Shown in pieces: positions 46,726 to 55,559 of a stretch of DNA of 64,000 nucleotides (position 1 is its first letter; each line of letters starts with the position of its first letter). The stretch is from Candidatus Tayloriibacteriota bacterium (lineage in GTDB: Bacteria > Patescibacteriota > Minisyncoccia > Phycocordibacterales > UBA6065): NCBI GenBank assembly GCA_016215405.1, contig JACRJQ010000008.1, forward strand, positions 124,898 through 188,897, read 5' to 3'. A model generated the notes under the pieces. That model did no database searches and was not told the DNA's origin. It worked only from the letters and a program-made list of their open reading frames with translations. A program made the position numbers and the translations under genes.

Positions 46726-47038
46726 TCAAGATGGGTTTCCTTGCGGCCCAAGAGAGCTGTTTGACAAAATTTATATAAGTTATGGAATACGGTTTCGCTT
46801 GAAAGAAAGCCGCTCTCGGACTCCTCGGCGAACGGCCTTGTCGGGAGAGGTATTACAAAAAACATCGATAATCGATCTGTGTCAACATGCCGAGGGCCCT
46901 TTGACAGGAGCTTTACGGATATTGCTCCTTTGAATGAATCTCTCTTTTGGGGCGTATAGTAGATGCGAAGGGCGGGAGACCGGCCTTCGAGAAAGGTCGT
47001 CGGTTTATACGCGAAGTTAAACGACAACGTTAAATACC

Positions 47039-47116
47039 ATGGCAGATACCAATCGAGATCAGAAGAAGAACCCTAACAATAAGGAGAACCAGGAAGGCGG
47101 AAACAACCAGCAGTAA
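47039..47116 (+). CDS. Putative 25-aa Asn/Gln/Lys-rich peptide
   Basis: MADTNRDQKKNPNNKENQEGGNNQQ*; follows a structured leader and precedes a terminator. Confidence 0.45.
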   Translation: MADTNRDQKKNPNNKENQEGGNNQQ

Positions 47117-47131
47117 GCTATCTCCGCGATG

Positions 47132-47168
47132 AAAGCCTCCAGACACCCGTCTGGAGGCTTTTGTTTTT
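47132..47168 (+). terminator. Intrinsic terminator
   Basis: AAAGCCTCCAGAC ACCC GTCTGGAGGCTTTTGTTTTT. Confidence 0.8.
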
Positions 47169-47198
47169 ACCGCTTCTTTGATAGCATGGATTTCGCTC

Positions 47199-47269
47199 GC
47201 GGGCGTAATTTAGTGGTAGAATGACTGCCTTCCAAGCAGTAAGTCCGGGTTCGATTCCCGGCGCCCGCA
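47199..47269 (+). tRNA. tRNA-Gly(UCC)
   Basis: GCGGGCG...ACTGC CTTCCAA GCAGT...GGTTCGATTCC...CGCCCGC A. Confidence 0.93.
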
Positions 47270-47433
47270 CAAATGAAAAATCCCTTCAGGGGGATTTTTC
47301 ATTTGTGCGGGCGAGAACGTCTGGTAGACGTTCGTCCAGTGATCGAAAAGGTTCTGCTATGTTTTCGAGGATTTCCATCCGAAAAAACGGGAGATCTGTA
47401 CTGCGGCTGTAAGCCGAGATATTCCGGCGCCCG
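47262..47433 (+). repeat. tRNA-Gly-appended structured element, copy 2
   Basis: 23-bp perfect inverted repeat overlapping the tRNA 3' end; shared CTATGTTT..GAGGAT..CCATCC..AAAC.GGAGA..GTACTGC motifs. Confidence 0.65.
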
Positions 47434-47496
47434 AGACTAGAAGTGATTATAGATAAAGTGAAAGCCCCGCTATGCGGGGCTTTTACGAGAGGAAGC

Positions 47497-47769
47497 TTAC
47501 TTAACAGCGTCCTTGAGAGCCTTTGCTGCGCGGAACTTCGGAACCTTCATAGCAGGGACGGAGATCGTCTCGCCCGTGCGTGGGTTTCGTGCCTGGCGAG
47601 CCTTTCGGGTCTTTACAGAGAAGATGCCGAGGCCTGCGATCGATACCTCGTCGCCCTTCTTGAGGCCAGCGACGATAGAATCGAATACCTTGTCGACGAC
47701 CTGCTCTGCCTGGACCTTCGTGGTGTTGAGGACACCGTGTACCGCTTCTACGATTGCTGCTTTGTTCAT
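47497..47769 (-). CDS. hup: HU family DNA-binding protein
   Basis: MNKAAIVE, GLGIFSV, RQARNPRTGE, PKFRAAKALKDAVK. Confidence 0.96.
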   Translation of the reverse strand: MNKAAIVEAVHGVLNTTKVQAEQVVDKVFDSIVAGLKKGDEVSIAGLGIFSVKTRKARQARNPRTGETISVPAMKVPKFRAAKALKDAVK

Positions 47770-48015
47770 GACTTGCGAAAAATAACCTGCTTATAATAAT
47801 TTCCGCGCATTGTTACGTGCGCTAACTAAACACATCCCGTGTAACCGAGAGGTTATGGTCTGTATAAAGTATATATGAAGCCATATTTTCGGCAACACGC
47901 TCGAAATACGGCTTTATTGCGAACTTTACAGAAATCCCTTCGATAACGTTAAAACGGCCTTGTAGGGCCGTTTTAAACGCTAGGCTCGCTATCGATCCGA
48001 AATCGTCCCTGTGGA

Positions 48016-49545
48016 TTATCGTGCGAATTCGACGACGCGCGACTCTCGGATCACCGTTACCTTGATCTCGCCCGGATATTTAAGGTCTTTCTCTATCCTG
48101 TCGGCTATCGACCTCGCCATATTATGTGCTTCGATGTCGGTCACCGCTTCGGGTTTTACGAATACGCGTATCTCGCGGCCGGCTTGGAGGGCGTAAGCTT
48201 TTTCCACGCCCGGCTGCGCAGTAGCGATAGCCTCGAGCTCTTGGAGGCGCTTGAGATAGTTCTCGACCGAGTCGTGGCGGGCGCCAGGTCGAGCTCCAGA
48301 GATGGCGTCGGCCACCTGGACGATGATGGATTCTACCGTCTCGTAAGGATATTCCTCGTGATGGGCCTGCATAGCCTTCACGACGGCTTCGTCCGCGCCG
48401 AATTTTTGGAGGATCCTCCGCCCTATCTCTACGTGGGTCCCTTGGACCTCGTGGTCGAGGGCCTTGCCTATGTCGTGGACGAGGGCACCCGCTTTTGCTA
48501 TCTGGACGTTCGCTCCGAGCTCTTCGGCTATCATCCCCGCGATGTGAGCCATCTCGACCGAATGCTGCAGGACGTTCTGGCCGTAAGAGGTCCTGAAGTA
48601 GAGCCTTCCTAATATCGACACGATCCGCGGGTCGAGGTTCATGACGCCGGTCTCGAAGACCGCCTGCTCTCCCTTCTCCTTTATGACCTTGGCGATATCT
48701 TCCTTCGCCTTTTCGACGAGCTTCTCTATCTTCGCCGGCTGGATGCGCCCGTCTTTGATGAGCTCTTCGAGGGCCATGCGAGCGACCTGCCTGCGGATAG
48801 GGTCGAACGAAGAGAGGATGATGGCGCCGGGAGTGTCGTCGATGATGACCTCTACCCCTGTCATCCGCTCGAAGCTCTTTATGTTCCTGCCCTCTTTTCC
48901 GATGATCTTTCCTTTTATCTCTTCGGAAGGGATCGCCACCGTGGTCGAGAAGAGGTCGGCTGGGACTGAATTGCCGAGCCTGTGGATCGCGGTCGCGAGG
49001 ATGTCCTTCGCTCTGGCCTCGAGCTTGTCCTGGTTTCCCATCTCGAGCTTTTGCATGCGGACGAGGAGGTCGGCTTCGTACTTCTTCTCGATCGATCGGG
49101 CGAGCTCCTCTTTCGCCTCAGCCTCAGAGAGTCTGGCGATTCTCTCGAGAGAAGACTGCCTCTCTACGAGGAGCTTGTCCGCCCTCTCTTTTATCTCTTT
49201 GATCTCAGAGACCTTCGCCTTTACTGCTTCGACTTCCGAATCGAGGTCCGCTTGTTTCTTGTCGACCGCATCCTCTTTTTTGATGAGGCGGTCTTCGGCA
49301 GACTTTATCTTATCTTCTCGCTCCTTCGCTTCTTCGCGCGACTGCTTGAGCGTCTCCGCCGCTTTATGCTCCGCTTCGAGGACGATCTTCTTCGCTTCCT
49401 CCTGAGCGGAGAGCTCCATCTTCTTTATCTCGATCTCCATGGAGCCCTTCTTGCCGAGGGAGATGACGAGCCGCAGGTAATAGCCCAAAGCGATCCCGAC
49501 AAGCCCTGCGACGCTTGCGAGGAAGATGACTATCTTGATTGACAT
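48016..49545 (-). CDS. rny: Ribonuclease Y
   Basis: N-terminal TM, coiled coil, KH (KGKIIGKEGRNI), HD (HDIGK), QAGREIRV. Confidence 0.96.
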   Translation of the reverse strand: MSIKIVIFLASVAGLVGIALGYYLRLVISLGKKGSMEIEIKKMELSAQEEAKKIVLEAEHKAAETLKQSREEAKEREDKIKSAEDRLIKKEDAVDKKQADLDSEVEAVKAKVSEIKEIKERADKLLVERQSSLERIARLSEAEAKEELARSIEKKYEADLLVRMQKLEMGNQDKLEARAKDILATAIHRLGNSVPADLFSTTVAIPSEEIKGKIIGKEGRNIKSFERMTGVEVIIDDTPGAIILSSFDPIRRQVARMALEELIKDGRIQPAKIEKLVEKAKEDIAKVIKEKGEQAVFETGVMNLDPRIVSILGRLYFRTSYGQNVLQHSVEMAHIAGMIAEELGANVQIAKAGALVHDIGKALDHEVQGTHVEIGRRILQKFGADEAVVKAMQAHHEEYPYETVESIIVQVADAISGARPGARHDSVENYLKRLQELEAIATAQPGVEKAYALQAGREIRVFVKPEAVTDIEAHNMARSIADRIEKDLKYPGEIKVTVIRESRVVEFAR

Positions 49546-49754
49546 GACTAATGGTCGGCCGTCTGCTTTTTAGGTCTGTATGAATATCGAGGGTCGCGGT
49601 CAGAGAGGGGAGTGGGTAGGCTATTTCAAGAGATCCAAAGGCCCTACGGCCGGTGATTTAAAAGTAGTAACGATTTCATACTACAACATGTCTCATGGAT
49701 AGCAAGGAAGGCGGGAACGAAAAAGCCGCGCGATCTCGCGCGGCCTCCTTCTCG

Positions 49755-50351
49755 CTAGATCTTCGTGGTCGGCTTGTCGAGGATCTTGTCGACGATCCCG
49801 TACTTCTTCGATTCCTCGGCGTCCATAAAGAAATCGCGTTCGACGTCTTTGTCTATTTGAGAGACCGGCTTGCCGGTGTTCTCCGCCATCATCTTGTTGA
49901 GCCTCTCGCGCATCTTGAGGATGTGCTTCGCGGTTATGGCGATGTCGGACGCCTGGCCCTCGGCCCCGCCGAGCGGCTGATGGATCATGACCTCGGCGTT
50001 CGGTAGTATGTATCGCTTGCCCTTCGCTCCGGAGGAGAGCACCCATGCTGCTCCAGATGCCGCCATGCCGATGCAGACCGTGGCGACGTCGTTTCTTACA
50101 TGCCTCATCGTGTCGATGATGGCGAGGGTCGCCGTGACGGACCCGCCGGGGGAGTTCACATAGAGCCAGATGTCCTTCTTTGCGTCTTCGGATTGCAGGA
50201 AGAGCAGTTGCGCGATGATCGTGTTCGCCATATGGTCCTCGATCTGTCCGGAGAGGAATATGATGTTCTCCTTGAGGAGGCGCGAGTAGATGTCGTAAGC
50301 TCTCTCGCCGAGATTCGTCTTCTCTATGACCGTCGGGATGAGTATGGACAT
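49755..50351 (-). CDS. clpP: ATP-dependent Clp protease proteolytic subunit
   Basis: [36 protein letters not shown]. Confidence 0.96.
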   Translation of the reverse strand: MSILIPTVIEKTNLGERAYDIYSRLLKENIIFLSGQIEDHMANTIIAQLLFLQSEDAKKDIWLYVNSPGGSVTATLAIIDTMRHVRNDVATVCIGMAASGAAWVLSSGAKGKRYILPNAEVMIHQPLGGAEGQASDIAITAKHILKMRERLNKMMAENTGKPVSQIDKDVERDFFMDAEESKKYGIVDKILDKPTTKI

Positions 50352-50443
50352 GGTTTTGATGGGGTTAGGTAAGAACACGATATCAAAACGAGGAAGAAGC
50401 GCAATACATTCCCTTTTTCGTGAAACTGGGTAGACTGTTACAC

Positions 50444-51142
50444 ATGCGACTTCACCGCTTCTACGTCACATCAAATATTTCTAAAGAAAAGATAAATTCT
50501 TTCTCAAATCCTGGTTTGGTCCATCAGTTGAGGCGCGTTTTCAGGTTGCACGCTGGGGACAAGGCTATATTCTTCGACGGAACCGGCGACGACCATGTCT
50601 CTGAGATCGTTTCGATGACGGATGAGAAACTCGAGTTTCGCGTGCTCGAAACATCGCCCGTGAAACCTCATTCGTCCCTGAGGCTCTCGCTCGCCGTCTC
50701 TCTTATAAAGAAGGATCATTTCGAATGGGTGATCGAGAAGGGCACCGAGATAGGAGTCTCCGAGTTCATTCCCGTCATGTCCGAGCGCAGCGAGAAGAAG
50801 GGTTTCAATATGGAGCGAGCGCGAAAGATCATGGTCGAAGCGGTCGAGCAGTCGGGGCGGACATTCGTCCCAGAGATCCGGGAGCCTATGACCCTCGAAG
50901 AGTTTCTCGCGGGAGAGAAAAGAGAGGTCGTCGCGTTTCACACGGAAGGAGCGGACCTTGCAGACGAAGACATTGTAAAGACGGGCGAACTCGTCGCATG
51001 TGTCGGTCCTGAGGGAGGGTGGTCGGAGAGGGAGGTGGAGATGTTTCGCGAGAAGGGGGCAGCGATCGTGAAACTGAATTCTCCGGTTCTCCGCGCCGAG
51101 ACTGCGGCGATCGCGGTCGCGACGCTTCTCCTTGTAAAATAG
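50444..51142 (+). CDS. rsmE: 16S rRNA m3U1498 methyltransferase
   Basis: [37 protein letters not shown]. Confidence 0.93.
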   Translation: MRLHRFYVTSNISKEKINSFSNPGLVHQLRRVFRLHAGDKAIFFDGTGDDHVSEIVSMTDEKLEFRVLETSPVKPHSSLRLSLAVSLIKKDHFEWVIEKGTEIGVSEFIPVMSERSEKKGFNMERARKIMVEAVEQSGRTFVPEIREPMTLEEFLAGEKREVVAFHTEGADLADEDIVKTGELVACVGPEGGWSEREVEMFREKGAAIVKLNSPVLRAETAAIAVATLLLVK

Positions 51143-51200
51143 TTTCCAAAAAAGAAAGCCGCGCACTTCGTGCGCGGCTTTCTTTTTCTCTTCAACCCTC

Positions 51201-51293
51201 CGCCGGATCCGCGCTCTTCCGAACGAGGACATGCCCGAGGAGTAGCCTTCGAGGGACGCTTGCGCTCCGCAGTGAGGAAAGTGCGGATCGGCT
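51201..51293 (+). repeat. Structured intergenic repeat, copy C
   Basis: GATCCGCGC...CGAGGACATGCCCGAG...CGAGGGACGCTTGCGCTCCGCAG...GTGCGGATC after the rsmE terminator. Confidence 0.7.
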
Positions 51294-51356
51294 AAAAAAC
51301 TCTTCAGCCTTTGTCTAGATGCAAAAAATCCCCAATCGGGGATTTTTTATCGAGTC

Positions 51357-52403
51357 TTATTTCTGCTTCTCGAGGAATTCGAACACCGCCTGATTGAGGA
51401 GGATCTGCGAGAAATAATTTCTCGCGTTCTCCTCGGGGATATCCTTGTGATGCTCGAGGGCATGCTTCACCTCTGTCTCTACCCTCGCCTTGTCCGCCGT
51501 TATCTTCTCGACGCTCGCGACGTGGTCGAGGATGAGATCGAGCTTCACGCGCTTTATCGCATCCGGCCTCCACTCCTTCTTGAGGTCGTCCTCGGTCTTC
51601 TTGAGAGCCTTGAGGTAGTCGTCGAACTTCATACCCATTCTCTCGATGTCGTGAGACATCTGTCCCTTCATGCGCGAGAGCTCGGATGCGACCAGCACCT
51701 CGGGGATCGCCACTTCGAGCTCCTTCGAGAGGGCGTCGACAAGCTCTATGCGCCTCTTCTCGACGAGCCTCTGTTTCTTCTCGGCCTCGAGGTTCTTTCG
51801 AAGCTGGGATTTGAAATCCGCGACGTCTTTGAATTCGCCCCAAGTCTTTACGAGCTCATCCGTAAGCTCGATAGGCGCTTTTTCTTTCTCGTCCGTGCCC
51901 TTCGACTTTCCGATGCGTGCGTAGTTCTTCTTTATGTCCTCGACGGCTTTCTCGACGTCTGCGTCAGTGACCTCTGCAGGCTCTGTTTTTTTCGCATTCT
52001 CTCTTTTCGCGATCGCCTTATAGTCGAATTTCGCTATCTTCGGGACGACCGCGGTTCTTACCGTGAATTCGAGGGGGTTGCCCGACGCGATCTTGGTGAT
52101 GGAGACCTGAGGCTGGCCGATAGCGTCGATCTTCTCCGCTTCGAGTATGTGACCGTATGCGTGCGAGATCGCGTGCTCGGCAGCCTCGGCGAGAAGAGCC
52201 GCTTCTCCTATCTTCTCTCTGACGACCTTCTCTGGCGCCATGCCTTTTCTGAAGCCAGGGAGAGATACCTCCTTCTTGAGGTCGGAGAGCGTGTCTTTGA
52301 CCGCGGCTTCGAATTCCTCGGCCGGGATAGAGCTTTTTATCTCGACCTCGCAGGTGTCCGCGAGCTCCTTTACCGTCGCTTTGTATGAATGATGTGATGC
52401 CAT
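51357..52403 (-). CDS. tig: Trigger factor (lacking most of the FKBP domain)
   Basis: PGFRKGMAP ribosome-binding motif; C-terminal SurA-like domain; ~348 aa. Confidence 0.92.
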   Translation of the reverse strand: MASHHSYKATVKELADTCEVEIKSSIPAEEFEAAVKDTLSDLKKEVSLPGFRKGMAPEKVVREKIGEAALLAEAAEHAISHAYGHILEAEKIDAIGQPQVSITKIASGNPLEFTVRTAVVPKIAKFDYKAIAKRENAKKTEPAEVTDADVEKAVEDIKKNYARIGKSKGTDEKEKAPIELTDELVKTWGEFKDVADFKSQLRKNLEAEKKQRLVEKRRIELVDALSKELEVAIPEVLVASELSRMKGQMSHDIERMGMKFDDYLKALKKTEDDLKKEWRPDAIKRVKLDLILDHVASVEKITADKARVETEVKHALEHHKDIPEENARNYFSQILLNQAVFEFLEKQK

Positions 52404-52496
52404 GTTTCTATATATATGAGAATTGCAGTCTATCCGCAAAGGACCGATTTGTCTACAAAAAGCCGCCTGCCCGGAGCAGGCGGCTTTTTGCTTGAC

Positions 52497-52733
52497 CTAT
52501 TCGATCGTGTCGAGCCCAGAGAGGTCTATCTGGGTGTCCGTCCCGGAGAGGTCTGCCTCGATCGAGCTTACATCGTCCGCACCTGCAGGAGCCTTCTCCT
52601 CAGATAGCTTTCCGCCCCAGACGTAGAATGCGCCGATGATAAGGAGTATGACGATGACGATGATGCCGATCGCCGGACCGAAGGATCTCTTCGGAGCTTC
52701 GCCTGCCGGAACAGGATTCTGATTAGGTTCCAT
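52497..52733 (-). CDS. Small single-pass membrane protein
   Basis: GPAIGIIVIVILLIIGAFYVWG TM; acidic tail DDVSSIEADL. Confidence 0.75.
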   Translation of the reverse strand: MEPNQNPVPAGEAPKRSFGPAIGIIVIVILLIIGAFYVWGGKLSEEKAPAGADDVSSIEADLSGTDTQIDLSGLDTIE

Positions 52734-52762
52734 GTATTATATTTTAATGCTTATAAACGATG

Positions 52763-53545
52763 TTAGGGGGTCGTGGTGGTCGCCTTTCCCGAAGCTCGCG
52801 CCGTGGCTTCGAATCCTTTCATCTGAGGGATCGATCCCTGGAGCGTCTTGTGGGCATCTTGGACTGCCGTCTGGGCGCTCTTGATAGCGGCCTTGAGAGC
52901 CTCTACGCTCTCCTTCGGGTTCTCTGTAGAGATCGAGACGCTCGCGATCGCGGATATCGCCGTCTTCGCCGCGGCCACTTGGGTCCCGACGAGAGAGAGC
53001 GTCGCGCGCACCTCGGATACGGCTACGCCGCGAGCCTCGAATTCCGAGAGCTTCGCTTCGATCTTAGCCTTTATCTCCTCGATCTTGGAGACTGCTTTGC
53101 CGAGGCGCTCGGCGGATTCCGTCGCGAGCCTCTGCATCCTCTCCGAAGCGTTCTCTTTGACCTCGGCCCTCGTGGTCGACGCTTTTGCTCGAAGCTCTGC
53201 CTTCGTCGTGGAGGCATTCGTCTTTCGCTCGTCTATATTAGCCTTGATCTCGGCGCGTATCTCGACCTTCTTGTCTTTGAGCTCAGCCTTTCTCGTCTCT
53301 ATTTCGCTCTTGATAGCGTTCCTCTTCGCCTCCATCTCCGCCTTGGTCGTCGAAGCAGCCGCCCTGACCTCGATGCGCTTCGCCTCGACCGCGCCCCTTA
53401 TGTCAGCCTTTACGCCTCGAACCTCCACGCGAGCGTCCGCTCTCGCAGGATCTGGCATCACGACCTCGAGCTCAGCCTCCTCGGCGAAAGCCGCGGGTGC
53501 CGCTGCGAAAAGAGCCGCTATACCTAAGATAAGTAGTTTTTTCAT
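52763..53545 (-). CDS. Secreted coiled-coil protein
   Basis: Signal peptide MKKLLILG...AFA; A/E/K-rich helices with repeated ASTTKAE. Confidence 0.75.
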   Translation of the reverse strand: MKKLLILGIAALFAAAPAAFAEEAELEVVMPDPARADARVEVRGVKADIRGAVEAKRIEVRAAASTTKAEMEAKRNAIKSEIETRKAELKDKKVEIRAEIKANIDERKTNASTTKAELRAKASTTRAEVKENASERMQRLATESAERLGKAVSKIEEIKAKIEAKLSEFEARGVAVSEVRATLSLVGTQVAAAKTAISAIASVSISTENPKESVEALKAAIKSAQTAVQDAHKTLQGSIPQMKGFEATARASGKATTTTP

Positions 53546-53643
53546 ATGTATGGTTATCCCGCAGCCGTCTTTAAGGGGCCGCCGCGAGTCTCTACTAGTA
53601 TATACCAAAGGAAAAGAGAGGCTTTCGCCTCCCTTTCCCCAGA

Positions 53644-54231
53644 TTAGGCCTCGAACTTCGGCCTATATACGTTGTCGTATCTTTCCTGGCTCTCTCTTAT
53701 TATCTCCATGCCTTCGTCGGCATCGAGGAACTCTCCTACGGCTCCCGTTCCCGGCTTCTTGAGGGCTTTATAGTTCTCCCAATAGTACTTCGTCTCCATC
53801 TGGAAGTGCTCTCCGAGGTCTTTGTAGGACTTGATGTGCTCGACGCGCTTGTCGTTCGCGAGGACCGCTATGATCTTGTCGTCTACCTCTCCGCCGTCCA
53901 TGAATTTCATGGCGCCTATGATGCGTGCCTCTACGAGGGACCCAGGCACTAGAGGTTCGGTGACGCTCAGTATCTCGACGTCAAGGGGATCGTTATCGAG
54001 GTCCCACGTCGTAGGGATCGCTCCATAGGTGAAGGGGTACGCCATGGACGAATATCCGACTCGGTCGAGCTTGAGCTGTCCGGATTCGGTAATGATCTCG
54101 TATTTGTTAAGGGAGCCGGTCGACACCTCGACGATCACGTTTATGATCTTATTCTCCTCGTTCGCGAACGCCGGAAGGACGTGCAGGAGGTTGAGCATGT
54201 ACTTCGAAGGCTTGTGGTTTATGTTAGCCAT
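53644..54231 (-). CDS. ppa: Inorganic pyrophosphatase (family I)
   Basis: NKYE, LDRV, YPFTYGAIP, DNDPLD, DGGEVDDKII; start may be 54198. Confidence 0.92.
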   Translation of the reverse strand: MANINHKPSKYMLNLLHVLPAFANEENKIINVIVEVSTGSLNKYEIITESGQLKLDRVGYSSMAYPFTYGAIPTTWDLDNDPLDVEILSVTEPLVPGSLVEARIIGAMKFMDGGEVDDKIIAVLANDKRVEHIKSYKDLGEHFQMETKYYWENYKALKKPGTGAVGEFLDADEGMEIIRESQERYDNVYRPKFEA

Positions 54232-54251
54232 GATTCGTTTCTCTTAAGAGG

Positions 54252-55394
54252 CTATTCAGAGGAGACTTCGTCCAGAGAGGCTTCTTTGACGCCGCCGACA
54301 GGGCGGATGTCTATCTTCCAGCCAGTGAGCTTTGCGGCGAGGCGGACGTTCTGCCCCCCCTTTCCGATAGCGAGAGACTGCTGGTCCTCAGAGACCTCGA
54401 CGGTCGCGGTCTTCGCGGATTCGTCGAGCTTTATCGAAGACACCTTCGCCGGAGAGAGCGCGTCTTCGATGAACTTCTTCTGGTCTGCCGACCATTCGAT
54501 GATGTCGATCTTCTCGCCGCCGAGCTCCGAGGTCACGGTCGATACGCGGACGCCGCGCTGGCCGACGAGCGACCCGATAGGGTCTATATGAGCGTCGTTC
54601 GAGATGACCGCGATCTTGGACCTCGATCCCGCTTCGCGGGCGACAGCCTTCACTTCGACGGTCTTGTTAGCGATCTCAGGGGCCTCGATCTCGAAGAGCT
54701 TCTCGAGGAATTTAGGATGGGAGCGGGAGAGCTTGAGGAATACGCCTCGAGGAGACTCCTCTACCCGGAAGAGGAACGCGCGGATCCTCTCGCCTGGCCT
54801 GAAATGCTCGGAGCGTATCTGCTCTTCGAACGGCAAGACGCCGACGGCTCGGCCCATATCCACGAATATAGTCCCTCGCTCGATGCGCTGGACGGTGCCC
54901 GATACGATGTCGCCCTCTCTCTTGCCGTACTCGCCCAGGACGGATACCTTCTCGGCTTCGCGTATCTTTTGGATGATCACCTGCTTCGCGGTCTGAGCAG
55001 CTATCCTTCCGAAGTCGTCCTTAGGCTCGAGAGGGAAGAGCATCTCTTCGTCGAGCTCCGCCGACTTCTTTATCATGCGGGCCTCGTCCATCCAGATGTG
55101 ATGCTCCGGATTGTAGCGGACGCGCTCGTCGTCCGGGGAGAGCTCCGGCAGCTCTTCGCCTTCGGGGATGTCGATCACCCTCGATTCGTCGACTACTATC
55201 TTTACCTGGAAGAATTCGGTGGCGCCAGTATTTACGTCGAACGTGGCGCGCACGATCTGACCGCGCTTTCCATATTCCTTCTTGTATGCGGTCGCGAGGG
55301 CCGCTTCGATAGCCTCGATTATCCTCTCTCTCGGTATGCCGCGTTCCTCTTCGAGCTGGCTGAGGACCGAATGTATCACTTTTAGGTCGAACAT
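54252..55394 (-). CDS. nusA: Transcription termination/antitermination factor NusA
   Basis: FGRIAAQTAKQV, AREAGSRSKIAV, GEKIDII, AIGKGGQNVRLA; start MFDLK. Confidence 0.97.
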   Translation of the reverse strand: MFDLKVIHSVLSQLEEERGIPRERIIEAIEAALATAYKKEYGKRGQIVRATFDVNTGATEFFQVKIVVDESRVIDIPEGEELPELSPDDERVRYNPEHHIWMDEARMIKKSAELDEEMLFPLEPKDDFGRIAAQTAKQVIIQKIREAEKVSVLGEYGKREGDIVSGTVQRIERGTIFVDMGRAVGVLPFEEQIRSEHFRPGERIRAFLFRVEESPRGVFLKLSRSHPKFLEKLFEIEAPEIANKTVEVKAVAREAGSRSKIAVISNDAHIDPIGSLVGQRGVRVSTVTSELGGEKIDIIEWSADQKKFIEDALSPAKVSSIKLDESAKTATVEVSEDQQSLAIGKGGQNVRLAAKLTGWKIDIRPVGGVKEASLDEVSSE

Positions 55395-55559
55395 TGTGCT
55401 GTATTGATTTTTTCTAAAAAAACGAGTCCGCCGCGAGGCGAACTTTCGATTCATATATGTTATCACGGTCAGAGGCTTCGGTCAACGCCCTTGTTCCGCG
55501 GCCTCGTATCGACCGCTACCGTGATATCATTTATCCCATAATCGATACACATACAATAT

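Noticed and set aside
46780-47168. tmRNA (including a permuted form)
   Set aside because: No tRNA-Ala-like ends or T-arm, and the peptide lacks the hydrophobic ...AA degradation tag
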